This document shows positions 35,889-46,543 of a stretch of 64,000 nucleotides of DNA, piece by piece. The first letter of the stretch is position 1. Every line of letters starts with the position of its first letter. The position numbers were made by a program, and so were the translations under genes. This stretch comes from Alphaproteobacteria bacterium (GTDB lineage Bacteria > Pseudomonadota > Alphaproteobacteria > Bin95): positions 352,001 through 416,000 of the forward strand of contig CBDBGH010000003.1 in the NCBI GenBank assembly GCA_965205265.1, given 5' to 3'. Below the pieces are notes generated by a model that saw only the letters and a list, made by a program, of their open reading frames with translations, made no database searches and was not told where the DNA came from.

Positions 35889-36734
35889 ATGAAGTCCAAC
35901 AGCATCGAGGTTCGGCCGGTAGCAGGCGCGCTCGGAGCGGAGGTCTGCGGCGTCGATCTCGGCGACGCGCTCTCGGACGAGCAGGTGGATACCCTGCGCC
36001 GGGCGTTCCTGGACCACCAGGTGATCTTCTTTCGCGGCCAGTCGCTCGACCCCGACAGTCACAAGGAGGTCGGCCGGCGTTTCGGCGACCTCAACATCCA
36101 CGGCTATTACGAATCGCTGCCGGGGCATCCGGAAATCCTGCCCGTGCTGAAGGAGCCCGAGGCGACCGGCAATATCGGCGGCGTCTGGCATTCCGATGTC
36201 ACCTACCTGCCGGCGCCGGCGCTGGGCTCGATCCTCTATGCGCTGGAAGTGCCGCCTGCGGGCGGCGACACCATGTTCGCCAGCCAGTATCTCGCCTGGG
36301 AAACGCTGTCGGACGGCATGAAGGAGATGCTGGAGGGGCTGCGCGCCATCCACAGTTCCGACATCTTCACGAACAAGGCCCGCCGCGACGCCGCCAATGC
36401 GATCCGCACCACCAAGCTCAACGAGGTGGACGAGACCATCGAGAGCAGCCATCCCGTCGTGCGCACCCATCCGGAAACCGGCCGCAAATGCCTGTTCGTC
36501 AACGGGGCGTTCACGCGGCGCATCGACGGCTGGACCGTGGAGGAAAGCCGGCCGCTGCTCGACTTCCTCTACCGGCAGGCCTCGCGGCCGGAGTTCACCT
36601 GCCGCTTCCGCTGGGAGGAGGGGTCGATCGCCTTCTGGGACAATCGCTGCACGCAGCATTACGCGCTCAACGACTACCAGGGCCACCGCCGCAGCATGCA
36701 CCGGGTGACGCTGGAAGGGGACAGGCCGGTCTGA
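35889..36734 (+). CDS. TauD/TfdA family Fe(II)/2-oxoglutarate dioxygenase
   Basis: WHSDV, GGDT, HPVVRTHPETG, WDNR..QH. Confidence 0.92.
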   Translation: MKSNSIEVRPVAGALGAEVCGVDLGDALSDEQVDTLRRAFLDHQVIFFRGQSLDPDSHKEVGRRFGDLNIHGYYESLPGHPEILPVLKEPEATGNIGGVWHSDVTYLPAPALGSILYALEVPPAGGDTMFASQYLAWETLSDGMKEMLEGLRAIHSSDIFTNKARRDAANAIRTTKLNEVDETIESSHPVVRTHPETGRKCLFVNGAFTRRIDGWTVEESRPLLDFLYRQASRPEFTCRFRWEEGSIAFWDNRCTQHYALNDYQGHRRSMHRVTLEGDRPV

Positions 36735-37423
36735 TGGAACTCGTCGATCTTTCCCGCGAGCTTTACCACCGCACCGCCCACCACCCCTCGCACCCGCCGG
36801 TGGTCGTGACGGTCTGGAACGACCATTCCGAGATCAAGTCGGCCGGCGGCTTCGACTTCACTTCGAAGTCCCTCACGATGTCGCTTTCGGACCATTCGGG
36901 TACCCATGTCGATGCCTTCTGCCATTTCGATCCCGACCCGGAGGCGGAGTCGATAGACCGGATGGCGCTCGAGCGCTTCTACACCTCCGCCATCTGCCTG
37001 GACCTCGGCGAGCCGCCGCCCCGCCATGCGGTGACCGTCCCGGAGATGGAGGCCGCGCTCGAAGCGTCCGGGGAAGAAATCCGCCAAGGAGACACGGTGC
37101 TGCTCGCCATGGGCGTGAACCGGCGCATGTTCGGCACGCCCGCCTACGGGCATGAGTTTCCCGGCCTCGCGACCGAGTCCGTCCACTGGCTCGCCGACAG
37201 GGGGATCGGCATGTTCGGCGTCGAGGCGGTGAGCCCCGCACCGGAAGGGGAACTCAATTTCCGCGCCCACCGCGCCTGCGCCGAGCGCCGGATCACCCAT
37301 ATGGAGTGCCTCGCCAACCTGGAGGCGGTGGTCGGGCGCGGGCGGTTCCGCTTCATCGGCTTCCCGCTCAGGATTCGCGGCGGCACCGGCAGCCCGATCC
37401 GCGCGGTGGCGGTGTTCGAATGA
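36734..37423 (+). CDS. Cyclase/kynurenine formamidase family
   Basis: HSGTHVDA, GGTGSPIRAVA. Confidence 0.9.
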   Translation: MELVDLSRELYHRTAHHPSHPPVVVTVWNDHSEIKSAGGFDFTSKSLTMSLSDHSGTHVDAFCHFDPDPEAESIDRMALERFYTSAICLDLGEPPPRHAVTVPEMEAALEASGEEIRQGDTVLLAMGVNRRMFGTPAYGHEFPGLATESVHWLADRGIGMFGVEAVSPAPEGELNFRAHRACAERRITHMECLANLEAVVGRGRFRFIGFPLRIRGGTGSPIRAVAVFE

Positions 37424-38136
37424 GCGCCGTTCTCGCCCGGGGGCTGCTCGTTGCGGCCGGCCTGTTGGCCGCCGCCGCGGCATGGGCGGATGCCTCGAAG
37501 CCGGTGGTGGTCGAGCTCTTCACCTCGCAGGGCTGCTCCTCCTGCCCGCCGGCGGACCGCATCCTCGGCCATCTGGCGGACCGGGAGGATGTGGTCGCCC
37601 TCGGCTTCCATGTGAACTACTGGGACCGTCTCGGCTGGCCGGACCCCTTCGCGACCCAGGCCGGGACCGACCGGCAATACGCCTACAGCCCGGCTCTCGG
37701 CCGCCGCAATGTCTATACCCCGCAGATGGTGGTGGACGGGCGCTACGACGTGGTCGGCTTCGATGCGGAGCGGATCAAGCTGGCCATCGCCCAGGCGGAA
37801 GCCATGTCGGCATCGCGCCTTGCGGTCGGTCTCGAATGGCGCGGGTCCGGCCTTCTCACCTATTCGCTGCCGGCGGGCGAGGGCGAAGCGCGGGTCCATC
37901 TGGTGCGTTTCGCCCGCAAGCTCGACCAGGATATCGAGCGCGGCGAGAATGCCGGCCGGCACCTCAGCTACAGCAATGTCGTGCGCGAGATCGTGCAGAT
38001 CGCCGAATGGAACGGCCGGGCTGCGGAAGGCGAGATCGAGGTCGATACGGCGCAGGACGCGGCAGGCGGCGTTGCGCTGCTGGTCCAGGACCGCCGCACC
38101 CTGCGTATGCTGGGCGCAGCGAAGCTCGCCTTCTGA
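37420..38136 (+). CDS. DUF1223 thioredoxin-like secreted protein
   Basis: VVELFTSQGCSSCPPAD, YTPQMVV. Confidence 0.9.
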   Translation: MSAVLARGLLVAAGLLAAAAAWADASKPVVVELFTSQGCSSCPPADRILGHLADREDVVALGFHVNYWDRLGWPDPFATQAGTDRQYAYSPALGRRNVYTPQMVVDGRYDVVGFDAERIKLAIAQAEAMSASRLAVGLEWRGSGLLTYSLPAGEGEARVHLVRFARKLDQDIERGENAGRHLSYSNVVREIVQIAEWNGRAAEGEIEVDTAQDAAGGVALLVQDRRTLRMLGAAKLAF

Positions 38137-38173
38137 AGCGGCGAACCCGGCCGTTTCCGAGCCGCGCCGCTCC

Positions 38174-39943
38174 TCAATGCGAGTGGCGGGGCGGTTCGGC
38201 GGCGACGCGGTGGTAGCGGGTGGCGAACTCGAGGCAGCCGCCGTCCGCGAGCTGGCCCACATGGCTGCGGTAAAGCTCCTCCCAGGGCGTGTGGTTCTCC
38301 AGCGCCGGCGGGTCGTAGGCGGCGCGCCGCGCGGCCAGCACCTCCTCCGGCTGCAGGATATCGACGCGGCGCCTCGGCAGGTCCACACGAAGCCGGTCGC
38401 CTGTCTCCAGTATGGCGAGATTGCCGCCGACGGCGCTTTCCGGGCTCGCATTCAGGATCGAGGGGCTGCCCGAAGTGCCGGACTGCCGCCCGTCGCCGAT
38501 GGTCGGCAGCTCGGTGACGCCCGCGCGGATGAGCGCCGCCGGCGGCTGCATGTTGACCACTTCGGCCGAGCCCGGATAGCCGACCGGCCCCGCGCCGCGC
38601 ATCACCAGGATGGAGGTCGCGTCGACGCCGAGCGCCGGGTCGTCGAGCCGCGCGTGGTAGTCCTCCGGCCCGTCGAACACGATGGCCTTGCCCTCGAAGG
38701 CGTCCGGGTCGTCCGGGTTCGACAGGAAGCGCGCGCGGAATTCCTCGGAGATGACGCTCGTCTTCATCACCGCGGCGTCGAACAGGTTGCCGCCCATGAC
38801 GACGAAGCCGGCGCGCTCCTTCAGCGGCCGGCTCCAGGGGCGGATGACGTCCTCGTCGAGCGGGGCGGCGTCGCCGATGTTCTCGGCCGTCGTCCGGCCC
38901 GTGACGGTGAGCGCATCCGCGTTCAGCTTCCCGGCCCGCAACAGTTCGCCCATGACGGCGGGTACGCCGCCCGCGCGGTGGTAGTCCTCGGCCAGATAGC
39001 CGCCGGCCGGCTGGCAATTGACCAGCAGCGGAATGTCGTAACCGCAGTCCTGCCAGTCTTCCAGCTTGAGGTCCACGCCCATATGGCGCGCGATGGCGTT
39101 GATGTGGATCGGCGCATTGGTGGACCCGCCGATAGCGCTGTTGACGGCGATGGCGTTCTCGAAGGCCGCGCCGGTCAGGATGCGGTCGGGCGTCAGGTCC
39201 TCGTGGATCATCGCGACGATGCGCCGCCCGGTCTCGTAAGCGTATTGCGCGCGCTCCTTGTGCGGGGCGGGCGGGGCGGCCGAGCCCGGCAGGGACATGC
39301 CGAGCGCCTCGGCGAGCGAGTTCATCGTCGTGGCCGTGCCCATGGTGTTGCAGTGTCCGGGGCTCGGCGCGGAGGAGGCCACCATCTCGATGAACTCCTC
39401 ATAGCCGATCTCGCCCGCCGCCTGCAGCTTGCGCGCTTCCCAGACGATGGTGCCGGAGCCGACCCGCCGGCCCTTCCACCAGCCGTTGAACATCGGCCCG
39501 CCATTGAGCGAGATGGCCGGCAGGTTCGCGGTGGCCGCCGCCATGATCATCGCCGGCGTGGTCTTGTCGCAGCCCGTGGTCAGGATCACCCCGTCGATGG
39601 GGTAGCCGTGCAGCACCTCGACGAGGCCGAGATAGGCGAGGTTGCGGTCTATGGCGGCGGTCGGGCGCCGTCCGCTCTCCTGGATCGGATGGACCGGGAA
39701 CTCGATGGCGATGCCGCCCGCCTCGCGGATGCCGGCGCGCATGCGCTCGGCCAGCGTCTGGTGGATGCGATTGCAGGGCGAAAGGTCGGAGCCCGTCTGC
39801 GCGATGCCGACAATGGGCTTGCCGGACTGCAACTCCTCCCGCGTGATGCCGTAATTCATGTACCGCTCGATATACATGGCGGTCATGCCCGGATCGTGCG
39901 GATCGTTGAACCAATTCCGGCTGCGCAACTGCTTCCCGGCCAT
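38174..39943 (-). CDS. IlvD/Edd family dehydratase (sugar-acid dehydratase-like)
   Basis: PCN, GCDKT, GHCNTMGTA, GDGRQSGT. Confidence 0.92.
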   Translation of the reverse strand: MAGKQLRSRNWFNDPHDPGMTAMYIERYMNYGITREELQSGKPIVGIAQTGSDLSPCNRIHQTLAERMRAGIREAGGIAIEFPVHPIQESGRRPTAAIDRNLAYLGLVEVLHGYPIDGVILTTGCDKTTPAMIMAAATANLPAISLNGGPMFNGWWKGRRVGSGTIVWEARKLQAAGEIGYEEFIEMVASSAPSPGHCNTMGTATTMNSLAEALGMSLPGSAAPPAPHKERAQYAYETGRRIVAMIHEDLTPDRILTGAAFENAIAVNSAIGGSTNAPIHINAIARHMGVDLKLEDWQDCGYDIPLLVNCQPAGGYLAEDYHRAGGVPAVMGELLRAGKLNADALTVTGRTTAENIGDAAPLDEDVIRPWSRPLKERAGFVVMGGNLFDAAVMKTSVISEEFRARFLSNPDDPDAFEGKAIVFDGPEDYHARLDDPALGVDATSILVMRGAGPVGYPGSAEVVNMQPPAALIRAGVTELPTIGDGRQSGTSGSPSILNASPESAVGGNLAILETGDRLRVDLPRRRVDILQPEEVLAARRAAYDPPALENHTPWEELYRSHVGQLADGGCLEFATRYHRVAAEPPRHSH

Positions 39944-40053
39944 GGCGCGGTCTCCCCTCTGCCTGTAGCCGGAAGCCTAGCGAAGCGTTTTGCCGCCGGG
40001 AAGCCGTGCGCTACACTCCGCGTCGGCTGCGCAGACGGGGTCCGGGAACGGTC

Positions 40054-40995
40054 ATGCAGGGAATGCGGATAACGGTGTTCGGCGGCGCCGGGTTCGTCGG
40101 GCGCTATATCGTCAAGCGGCTTGCGGCGGCCGGCGCCGGCGTCCGGGTCGCCTGCCGGGACCCGGAACGGGCGAAGTTCCTGAAGCCCGCAGGCGGCGTC
40201 GGCCAGGTCGTGCCGGTGCAGGCCAATCTGCGCTATCCGGACAGCGTGCGCGCGGCGGTCGAAGGCGTCGATGCGGTCGTCAATTGCGTGGGCGTTCTGG
40301 TCAGCCGGGGGCCGCAATCCTTCGGCGCGATCCATGTCGCCGGGGCGGGAGCGGTCGCCGCCGCCGCTGCCGAGGCGGGCGTGCGCCAACTCGTGCATAT
40401 CTCCGCCATCGGGGCGGATGCGGAGTCGACGGCGGCATATGCCCGCTCCAAGGCCGCCGGCGAAGCTGCGGTGCGCGAGGCCTTTCCGGATGCGGCGATC
40501 CTGAGGCCGAGCCTCATCGTCGGACCGGAGGACGACTTCTTCAACCGCTTCGCGCTCCTGGCCCGGCTGCTTCCCGCGCTGCCGCTCGTCGGAGGCGGCT
40601 TCACGCGCTTCCAGCCGGCCTATGTGGGCGATGCGGCCGATGCGGCGGTCGCCGCGCTCGACCGGGCGGGCGGCGTGTTCGAGCTCGGCGGCCCGAAGGT
40701 CTATTCCTTCAGGCAATTGATGGAATTGCTGCTGGAGGAAATCGGCCGCAAGCGCCTGCTGGTGCCGGTGCCGTTCCCCATCATGCAGGCCAAGGCCGCC
40801 TTCATCCAGTTCGTACCGGGCGCGCCGATCACGCCGGACCAGGTCGAATCGCTCAAATACGACAATGTCGTGTCCGAGGGCGCGGCCGGCTTCGCCGAAC
40901 TCGGCATCGAGCCGACGGACATCGAAACCGTCATCCCGACCTATCTCGACCGCTTCCGCGTCCGGGGCCGCTTCGCCGGGCGCGATCCGGCCTGA
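40054..40995 (+). CDS. Complex I NDUFA9-like NAD(P)-dependent SDR
   Basis: FGGAGFVGRY, YARSK, GPEDDFFNRF. Confidence 0.9.
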   Translation: MQGMRITVFGGAGFVGRYIVKRLAAAGAGVRVACRDPERAKFLKPAGGVGQVVPVQANLRYPDSVRAAVEGVDAVVNCVGVLVSRGPQSFGAIHVAGAGAVAAAAAEAGVRQLVHISAIGADAESTAAYARSKAAGEAAVREAFPDAAILRPSLIVGPEDDFFNRFALLARLLPALPLVGGGFTRFQPAYVGDAADAAVAALDRAGGVFELGGPKVYSFRQLMELLLEEIGRKRLLVPVPFPIMQAKAAFIQFVPGAPITPDQVESLKYDNVVSEGAAGFAELGIEPTDIETVIPTYLDRFRVRGRFAGRDPA

Positions 40996-41064
40996 CAGAG
41001 CGGGCGGCAACCCGGGCCCGCCGGAGGGCGCGAGGCGGGCGCCATCGCGGCCGCGCTTCTGGCG

Positions 41065-41892
41065 ATGGTGTTCTGGGGCGCATGGTTTCCGCTGTCCCGG
41101 CTTTCCGTCACCGAGTCCATTACGCCCGAGGACCTGGCGATCCTCCGGGTCGGCCTGCCGGGCCTGCTGCTGCTGCCGGTGGCGCTGAAGCTCGGCTTCA
41201 AGGCCGGCAAGGCCGGATGGTGGGGAACCGCGGCGATGGCGGGGACCATCGGCATTCCCTTCGCGCTGGTGCTGGGCACGGGCCTCCTCCATGCGCCGGC
41301 CGCGCACGCCGCGATCTTCATTCCCGGCGCCTTCCCGGCGCTGACGGCGCTGCTGGGCATCCTGCTGCTGCGCGAGCGGGCCGGCGCGCTCAGGCTGGCC
41401 GGCGTCGGGCTGACCGTGGCCGGGGTCGGGCTCACCGCCCTCTCCGCGCTGCAGGGCGCGCCGCCGGGCGGCCTCGGCGGCTATGCGCTGTTCCATCTGG
41501 GCGCGTGGATGTGGGCCATCTACACGGTGACGGCGCGCCGGGCCGAGGTCTCGCCGCTGCACGCCGCCGCGATCCTCTCCACCGTATCGACGGCCGCCTT
41601 CCTGCCGCTCTTCCTGCTGTTCGGGGAAAGCCGGCTGCTGGAGATACCCTTCGCCTCCCTGGCGTGGCAGGCCTTCGTCCACGGCATTCTGGGCGGCATC
41701 GTCTCGATCTGGCTCTACAGCTACGCCATCGGCGTGCTGGGCGCGGGCCGCACCGGCGTCTTCGCGGGTCTGGTGCCGGGGCTCGGCGCGCTGTTCTCCG
41801 CGCTGCTGCTCGGCGAGAGCCTCGCCTGGCCGGAACTGGCGGGCCTGGCCGTCGTCACGGCCGGCATCGTGATGGTGCAGGCGGGGCGGTAG
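41065..41892 (+). CDS. DMT/EamA family transporter (start uncertain)
   Basis: Multiple TM helices, LLLGE motif. Confidence 0.8.
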   Translation: MVFWGAWFPLSRLSVTESITPEDLAILRVGLPGLLLLPVALKLGFKAGKAGWWGTAAMAGTIGIPFALVLGTGLLHAPAAHAAIFIPGAFPALTALLGILLLRERAGALRLAGVGLTVAGVGLTALSALQGAPPGGLGGYALFHLGAWMWAIYTVTARRAEVSPLHAAAILSTVSTAAFLPLFLLFGESRLLEIPFASLAWQAFVHGILGGIVSIWLYSYAIGVLGAGRTGVFAGLVPGLGALFSALLLGESLAWPELAGLAVVTAGIVMVQAGR

Positions 41893-41907
41893 GCCGGGCG
41901 CGCCTGC

Positions 41908-42789
41908 CTACCGTCCTCTCGCGATCCGGGTTTCGGCGGCGAGGTTCCACCAGGCGCCGGCGACGATCATGCCGGCGCCGATGAGCACCATCGTCTCCGG
42001 CACCTCCAGATAGAAGACGAAGCCGACCAGCCCCAGCAGCGGAAGCTGGATGTAGGTGACCGGCACGACGACCGAGATGTCGCCGAGGCGGATGGACTGG
42101 TTCATGGTGAGATGCGCGAGCACGCCCGTCAGGCCGACAATCGCGATCCAGCCGGCGTCCTCCCAGACGACCGGCGTCCACTGGCCCCAATTGGCGAGCG
42201 CGGCGATGGGGAGCTGGATGACCAGCATCCACAGCACGATCTGGATCGGCGTGTCGGTGCGCATCAGTTCCTTGGAGAGCACATTGGCGCCCGCATAGCC
42301 GGCGGCGCCGAAAATGCACACCAGCGCCGCCCACTCGACCGGCACGGCATGGGGGCGCAGGATGACCAGCACGCCCGCGAAGCCGAGCGCAATGACCGCC
42401 CAGCGCCGGAAGCCCGCACGCTCGCCGAGGAAGCCGACCGCAAACAGCGTCGCCCAGATCGGCGTGGTCGCCATCAGCGCGCTCATATCGATGAGGCTCA
42501 GCATGGCGATGCCGTAGAACCAGGCGAATTGCCCGACGAAATGGACCCCGTTGCGCGCCAGGTGCATCAATGGCCGGCGGGTGGCGATGCGCCCGGCGGC
42601 AAGCGCGAGCGGCAGGGCGGCGAACAGCCCGACGAAGCTTCGCAACACCATGATCTGCGCCGTGGACATGGTGTCCGAGAGCTGCCGCGCGGCGACCGCC
42701 ATCGCCATGAAGCAGAGCACCGTGGCGCCCATCCAGAGCGCGCCGACGACATTGTTCCGGGCGGCGAGGCGGCTGTCGGGTTCCCTCAT
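41908..42789 (-). CDS. DMT/EamA family transporter
   Basis: FLGERAGFRRWAVIALGFAGVLVILRP. Confidence 0.88.
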   Translation of the reverse strand: MREPDSRLAARNNVVGALWMGATVLCFMAMAVAARQLSDTMSTAQIMVLRSFVGLFAALPLALAAGRIATRRPLMHLARNGVHFVGQFAWFYGIAMLSLIDMSALMATTPIWATLFAVGFLGERAGFRRWAVIALGFAGVLVILRPHAVPVEWAALVCIFGAAGYAGANVLSKELMRTDTPIQIVLWMLVIQLPIAALANWGQWTPVVWEDAGWIAIVGLTGVLAHLTMNQSIRLGDISVVVPVTYIQLPLLGLVGFVFYLEVPETMVLIGAGMIVAGAWWNLAAETRIARGR

Positions 42790-44141
42790 CCTCGGGGTGC
42801 CAGGCCGGCGAGCAGGCGGTCCACCATCTCAGGCGCCTCGCCCACATAATTGCCGGGCTCGCAGAGCTGCGCGAGCGCCTCGCGGTCGAGCTTGGCCGTG
42901 ACCTCCGGCATGTCCAGCAGCACGTCGAGCAGAGGGCGCCGTTCGTCCGTGGCGATCCGGCAGGCCTCATAGACGAGATCGTGCGCCGCCTGCCGGCCGA
43001 GCGCGGGCGCGAGGCCCATCATCACAGCTTCGGAGACGATCAGCCCGCGCGTCATGTCCATATTCGCCCGCATGGCGTCGGGATCGACCCGCAGGCCCTC
43101 GACCAGGAAACGCGCCTGGGCGAGCGCGCCCGAGGCCAGCACGAAGGCTTCCGGCAGCGCGGCCCATTCCACATGCCAGGGGCCGGTGGAGCGTTCGAGG
43201 TCGGCCGCCATCGAGTCCATCGCGAGCGCGGCGCGGCTCTGCACCTGCTTGGCGCAGGCGAGGATGAGCTCGCTGGAGACGGGGTTGCGCTTCTGCGGCA
43301 TGGTGGAGGAGCCGCCGCGGCCGGGCGCAAAGGGTTCGAAGACCTCGCCCGTCTCGGTCGCGGTCAGCAGCACCACGTCGGTCGCGATCTTGGCGAGCGA
43401 GCCCGTAACAAGCGCGAGGAAAGCCATCGTCTCGGCGATGGTGTCGCGCGCCGTGTGCCAGGCGATGGCGGGCCGTCCGAGCCCGAGTTCCTCCATCAGC
43501 GCGTCGGCGACCTCGAGCCCGCGCCCGTGCAGCGAGGCGAGCGTGCCGGCCGCGCCGGCGAACTGGCCCGTCAGCACGCGCGGGCGGAGCTGGTCGAGCC
43601 GCTCCAGATGCCGCTCGACGGGCGCCAGCCACACCGCCGCCTTGTAGCCGAAGGTGACCGGGAGTGCGTGCTGGAGATGCGAGCGCCCGGCCATCGGCGT
43701 GTCCCGGTATTCGCGCGCAAGCCGGGCGAGGCTCTCCCGGACGGCGAGCAGGTCCGCTTCCACCAGCACGAGCGCGTCCCGGATCTGGAGCACGACGCCC
43801 GTGTCCTTGATGTCCTGCGTGGTCGTGCCCCAATGGACGTAGCGTCCTGCATCCCCCTCGCATATGGCCGCGAGGCGGTGGACCAGCGGCATGATGGCGT
43901 AGCCGACCCGGTCCACCTCCTCGCGCATGAGTTCCATGTCGATGAGGTCCGCGTCGGCCCTGGCGGAAATCTCGGCTGCCGCCTCCTCCGGGACGATGCC
44001 GAGCCGCCCCTGGACCCGCGCCAGCGCCGCCTCCACATCCAGCCATTTCTGCACCTGCCCGCGCTCGGAAAAGACGGCCCGCATGGCGTCCGCGCCGAAG
44101 AGGTTCCCGTAAATCCCGCTGTCGATGATGGAGACTGGCAT
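42786..44141 (-). CDS. pcaB: 3-carboxy-cis,cis-muconate cycloisomerase / class II lyase family
   Basis: HWGTTTQD, GRSHLQHA, GSSTMPQKRNP. Confidence 0.8.
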   Translation of the reverse strand: MPVSIIDSGIYGNLFGADAMRAVFSERGQVQKWLDVEAALARVQGRLGIVPEEAAAEISARADADLIDMELMREEVDRVGYAIMPLVHRLAAICEGDAGRYVHWGTTTQDIKDTGVVLQIRDALVLVEADLLAVRESLARLAREYRDTPMAGRSHLQHALPVTFGYKAAVWLAPVERHLERLDQLRPRVLTGQFAGAAGTLASLHGRGLEVADALMEELGLGRPAIAWHTARDTIAETMAFLALVTGSLAKIATDVVLLTATETGEVFEPFAPGRGGSSTMPQKRNPVSSELILACAKQVQSRAALAMDSMAADLERSTGPWHVEWAALPEAFVLASGALAQARFLVEGLRVDPDAMRANMDMTRGLIVSEAVMMGLAPALGRQAAHDLVYEACRIATDERRPLLDVLLDMPEVTAKLDREALAQLCEPGNYVGEAPEMVDRLLAGLAPRG

Positions 44142-44275
44142 CGCCCCGCTCTTCCCCCGCTGCCGCCGGCGCGCGCAGCCTAAAGCGTTTCTCGCCCGGC
44201 CGGAATCGTCCCCGCTTGCGGGCGCGGGGATGCGGGGGCAGTCTGTCGGCGCGGTTGCGGAGGAGAGGACCGGCG

Positions 44276-44980
44276 ATGGTGAAGGCGCTTCTGTTCGATG
44301 TGTTCGGCACGGTGGTGGACTGGCGGGGCTCGGTGGCGAGGGAGGCGAAGAAGGCGCTCGCGCCGAAGGGCCACGATCTCGACTGGCACGATTTCGCGCG
44401 GCGCTGGCGGGACCGCTACCAGCCCGCCATGGAGGAAGTCCGCAGCGGGGCGAGGCCCTACACCATCCTCGACGTGCTCCACCGCGAGAACCTGGTGTCG
44501 CTGCTGGAGGAGTTCGGCGTCGAGGGCCTGAGCGAAGCCGAGACGGACGACCTCAACCGCGCCTGGCACCGTCTCGCCCCCTGGCCGGACGCGGTGCTCG
44601 GCCTCTCGCGGCTCAGGCGCAAATACATCGTCGGCACCTGCTCCAACGGCAATATCGCGCTGATGGTGAACATGGCCCGCCATGCCCGGCTGCCCTGGGA
44701 CGCGATCCTCGGCGCGGAGGTCGCGCGGGCCTACAAGCCGCAGCCGGACGCCTACCTGCTGAGCTGCGCCGCGCTCGGCCTCGCGCCCGAAGAGGTGATG
44801 ATGACGGCCGCCCATAACGGCGACCTGCATGCCGCCGCCGCCCAGGGCATGGCGACCGCCTTCGTGCCCCGCCGGACCGAGCACGGCCCCGGCCAGACGA
44901 CCGACCTCGAAGCCGACCCCGGATTCACCGTGGTCGCGGACGACTTCATCGACCTGGCGGACCGGCTCGGCTGCCCCTGA
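44276..44980 (+). CDS. Haloacid dehalogenase type II
   Basis: FDVFGTVVDW, SNGN, YKP, AAHNGD. Confidence 0.9.
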   Translation: MVKALLFDVFGTVVDWRGSVAREAKKALAPKGHDLDWHDFARRWRDRYQPAMEEVRSGARPYTILDVLHRENLVSLLEEFGVEGLSEAETDDLNRAWHRLAPWPDAVLGLSRLRRKYIVGTCSNGNIALMVNMARHARLPWDAILGAEVARAYKPQPDAYLLSCAALGLAPEEVMMTAAHNGDLHAAAAQGMATAFVPRRTEHGPGQTTDLEADPGFTVVADDFIDLADRLGCP

Positions 44981-44996
44981 CGACAGACGCGCCCCG

Positions 44997-45584
44997 TCAG
45001 GAGGCCAGCGCCTCCTCGACGAAGTCCAGCCGGTCCTGGCCGAAGAACATCTCGTCGCCGACGAAAAAGGTGGGCGCGCCGAACGCGCCGCGCGACACCG
45101 CTTCCTCGGTATTGTCGATCAATTGCTGTTTGATCGCCGGCTCCTGCGTGGCGGCGAAGAGCGCGTCGGCGTCGAGGCCGGCGGCGGTGAGCACCTCGCG
45201 CAGCACGTCCAGGTCGCCCGTGTTCTTCTCCTCGACCCACATCGCCGTGAACACGGCATCGGCATAGGTCTGGAAACAGCCGTCGCGCTGGGCGGCGAGG
45301 CAGCCGCGCATCAGGCCGAGCGTCATGATCGGGAAGAACGGGTTGCGCCGGAACGGCACGCCGTAGCGTCTGGCGAAGCGCGGGAGGTCCGCCGCGTAGT
45401 AGGCGGATTTGGCGGGCACATCGCCGGGCGGCGCATTTCCGGTCGCCTTGAAGACGCCGCCGAGCAGCATCGGCTTCCAGGCGATCTCCGCCCCGGTGCG
45501 CGCGGCGATGCCGGGCATCTGCGTGTGGGCGAGATAGGCGGTCGGCGACCCGACATCGAACCAGAATTCAAGGCGTTTCGGCAT
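44997..45584 (-). CDS. 2-hydroxychromene-2-carboxylate isomerase (DsbA/kappa GST family)
   Basis: [20 protein letters not shown]. Confidence 0.9.
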   Translation of the reverse strand: MPKRLEFWFDVGSPTAYLAHTQMPGIAARTGAEIAWKPMLLGGVFKATGNAPPGDVPAKSAYYAADLPRFARRYGVPFRRNPFFPIMTLGLMRGCLAAQRDGCFQTYADAVFTAMWVEEKNTGDLDVLREVLTAAGLDADALFAATQEPAIKQQLIDNTEEAVSRGAFGAPTFFVGDEMFFGQDRLDFVEEALAS

Positions 45585-45700
45585 GGAGGGCTCCCGGTCT
45601 CCGCAGCGTTTTCCGCACTATAGAGCACGATCCCGCCGCATTGACAGGACAGGCCGGTTCGGGAATGGTCCGGGGCCTTTTCCGGGGAGGGGAAACATCC

Positions 45701-46543
45701 ATGTCCGACGGGACCGTGCAGGCCGCAATCGACCGCGCCTGGGAGGACCGCGCCGCTATCGGGCCGGACACGAAGGGCGAGGCCCGCGAGGCCATCGAGG
45801 CGGCGCTCGACGCGCTCGACCGCGGCGAGGCGCGGGTCGCGGAGAAGGTGGACGGCGAATGGCATGTCCACCAGTGGTGCAAGAAAGCCGTGCTGCTCTC
45901 GTTTCGCCTTGCCGATTCCGCCCCGGTGTCCGGCGGGCCGGACGGCGCGCCCTGGTATGACAAGGTGCCGTCCAAATTCGAGGGCTGGGACGCGGCGCGC
46001 TTCGCCGGGGCCGGCTTCCGCGCCGTGCCCAACTGCGCGGTCCGGCGCTCGGCCTACATCGCGCCCGGCGCCGTGCTGATGCCCTGCTTCGTGAATGTCG
46101 GCGCCCGGGTCGGCGAGAACACCATGATCGACACCTGGTCCACCGTCGGCTCCTGCGCGCAGGTCGGCGCCAACTGCCATATCTCCGGCGGCGTCGGGCT
46201 GGGAGGCGTGCTGGAGCCGCTCCAGGCCGAGCCCGTGATCGTCGAGGACAACTGCTTCATCGGCGCGCGCAGCGAGGTCGTGGAGGGCGTGATCGTCGGC
46301 GAGGGCGCGGTGCTCGCCATGGGCACCTTTATTTCCGCCACCACCAAGATCGTGAACCGCGACACCGGCGAGGTGCATACGGGCCGGGTGCCGCCCTACG
46401 CCGTGGTCGTGCCGGGCAGCCTGCCGGGCCGGACCCTGCCGGACGGAAGCCCGGGGCCGAACCTCTCCTGCGCCGTCATCGTCAAGACGGTGGACGCGCA
46501 GACCCGCGCCAAGACGGCGATCAACGACCTGCTGCGCGACTGA
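45701..46543 (+). CDS. dapD: Tetrahydrodipicolinate N-succinyltransferase
   Basis: [21 protein letters not shown], hexapeptide repeats. Confidence 0.96.
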   Translation: MSDGTVQAAIDRAWEDRAAIGPDTKGEAREAIEAALDALDRGEARVAEKVDGEWHVHQWCKKAVLLSFRLADSAPVSGGPDGAPWYDKVPSKFEGWDAARFAGAGFRAVPNCAVRRSAYIAPGAVLMPCFVNVGARVGENTMIDTWSTVGSCAQVGANCHISGGVGLGGVLEPLQAEPVIVEDNCFIGARSEVVEGVIVGEGAVLAMGTFISATTKIVNRDTGEVHTGRVPPYAVVVPGSLPGRTLPDGSPGPNLSCAVIVKTVDAQTRAKTAINDLLRD

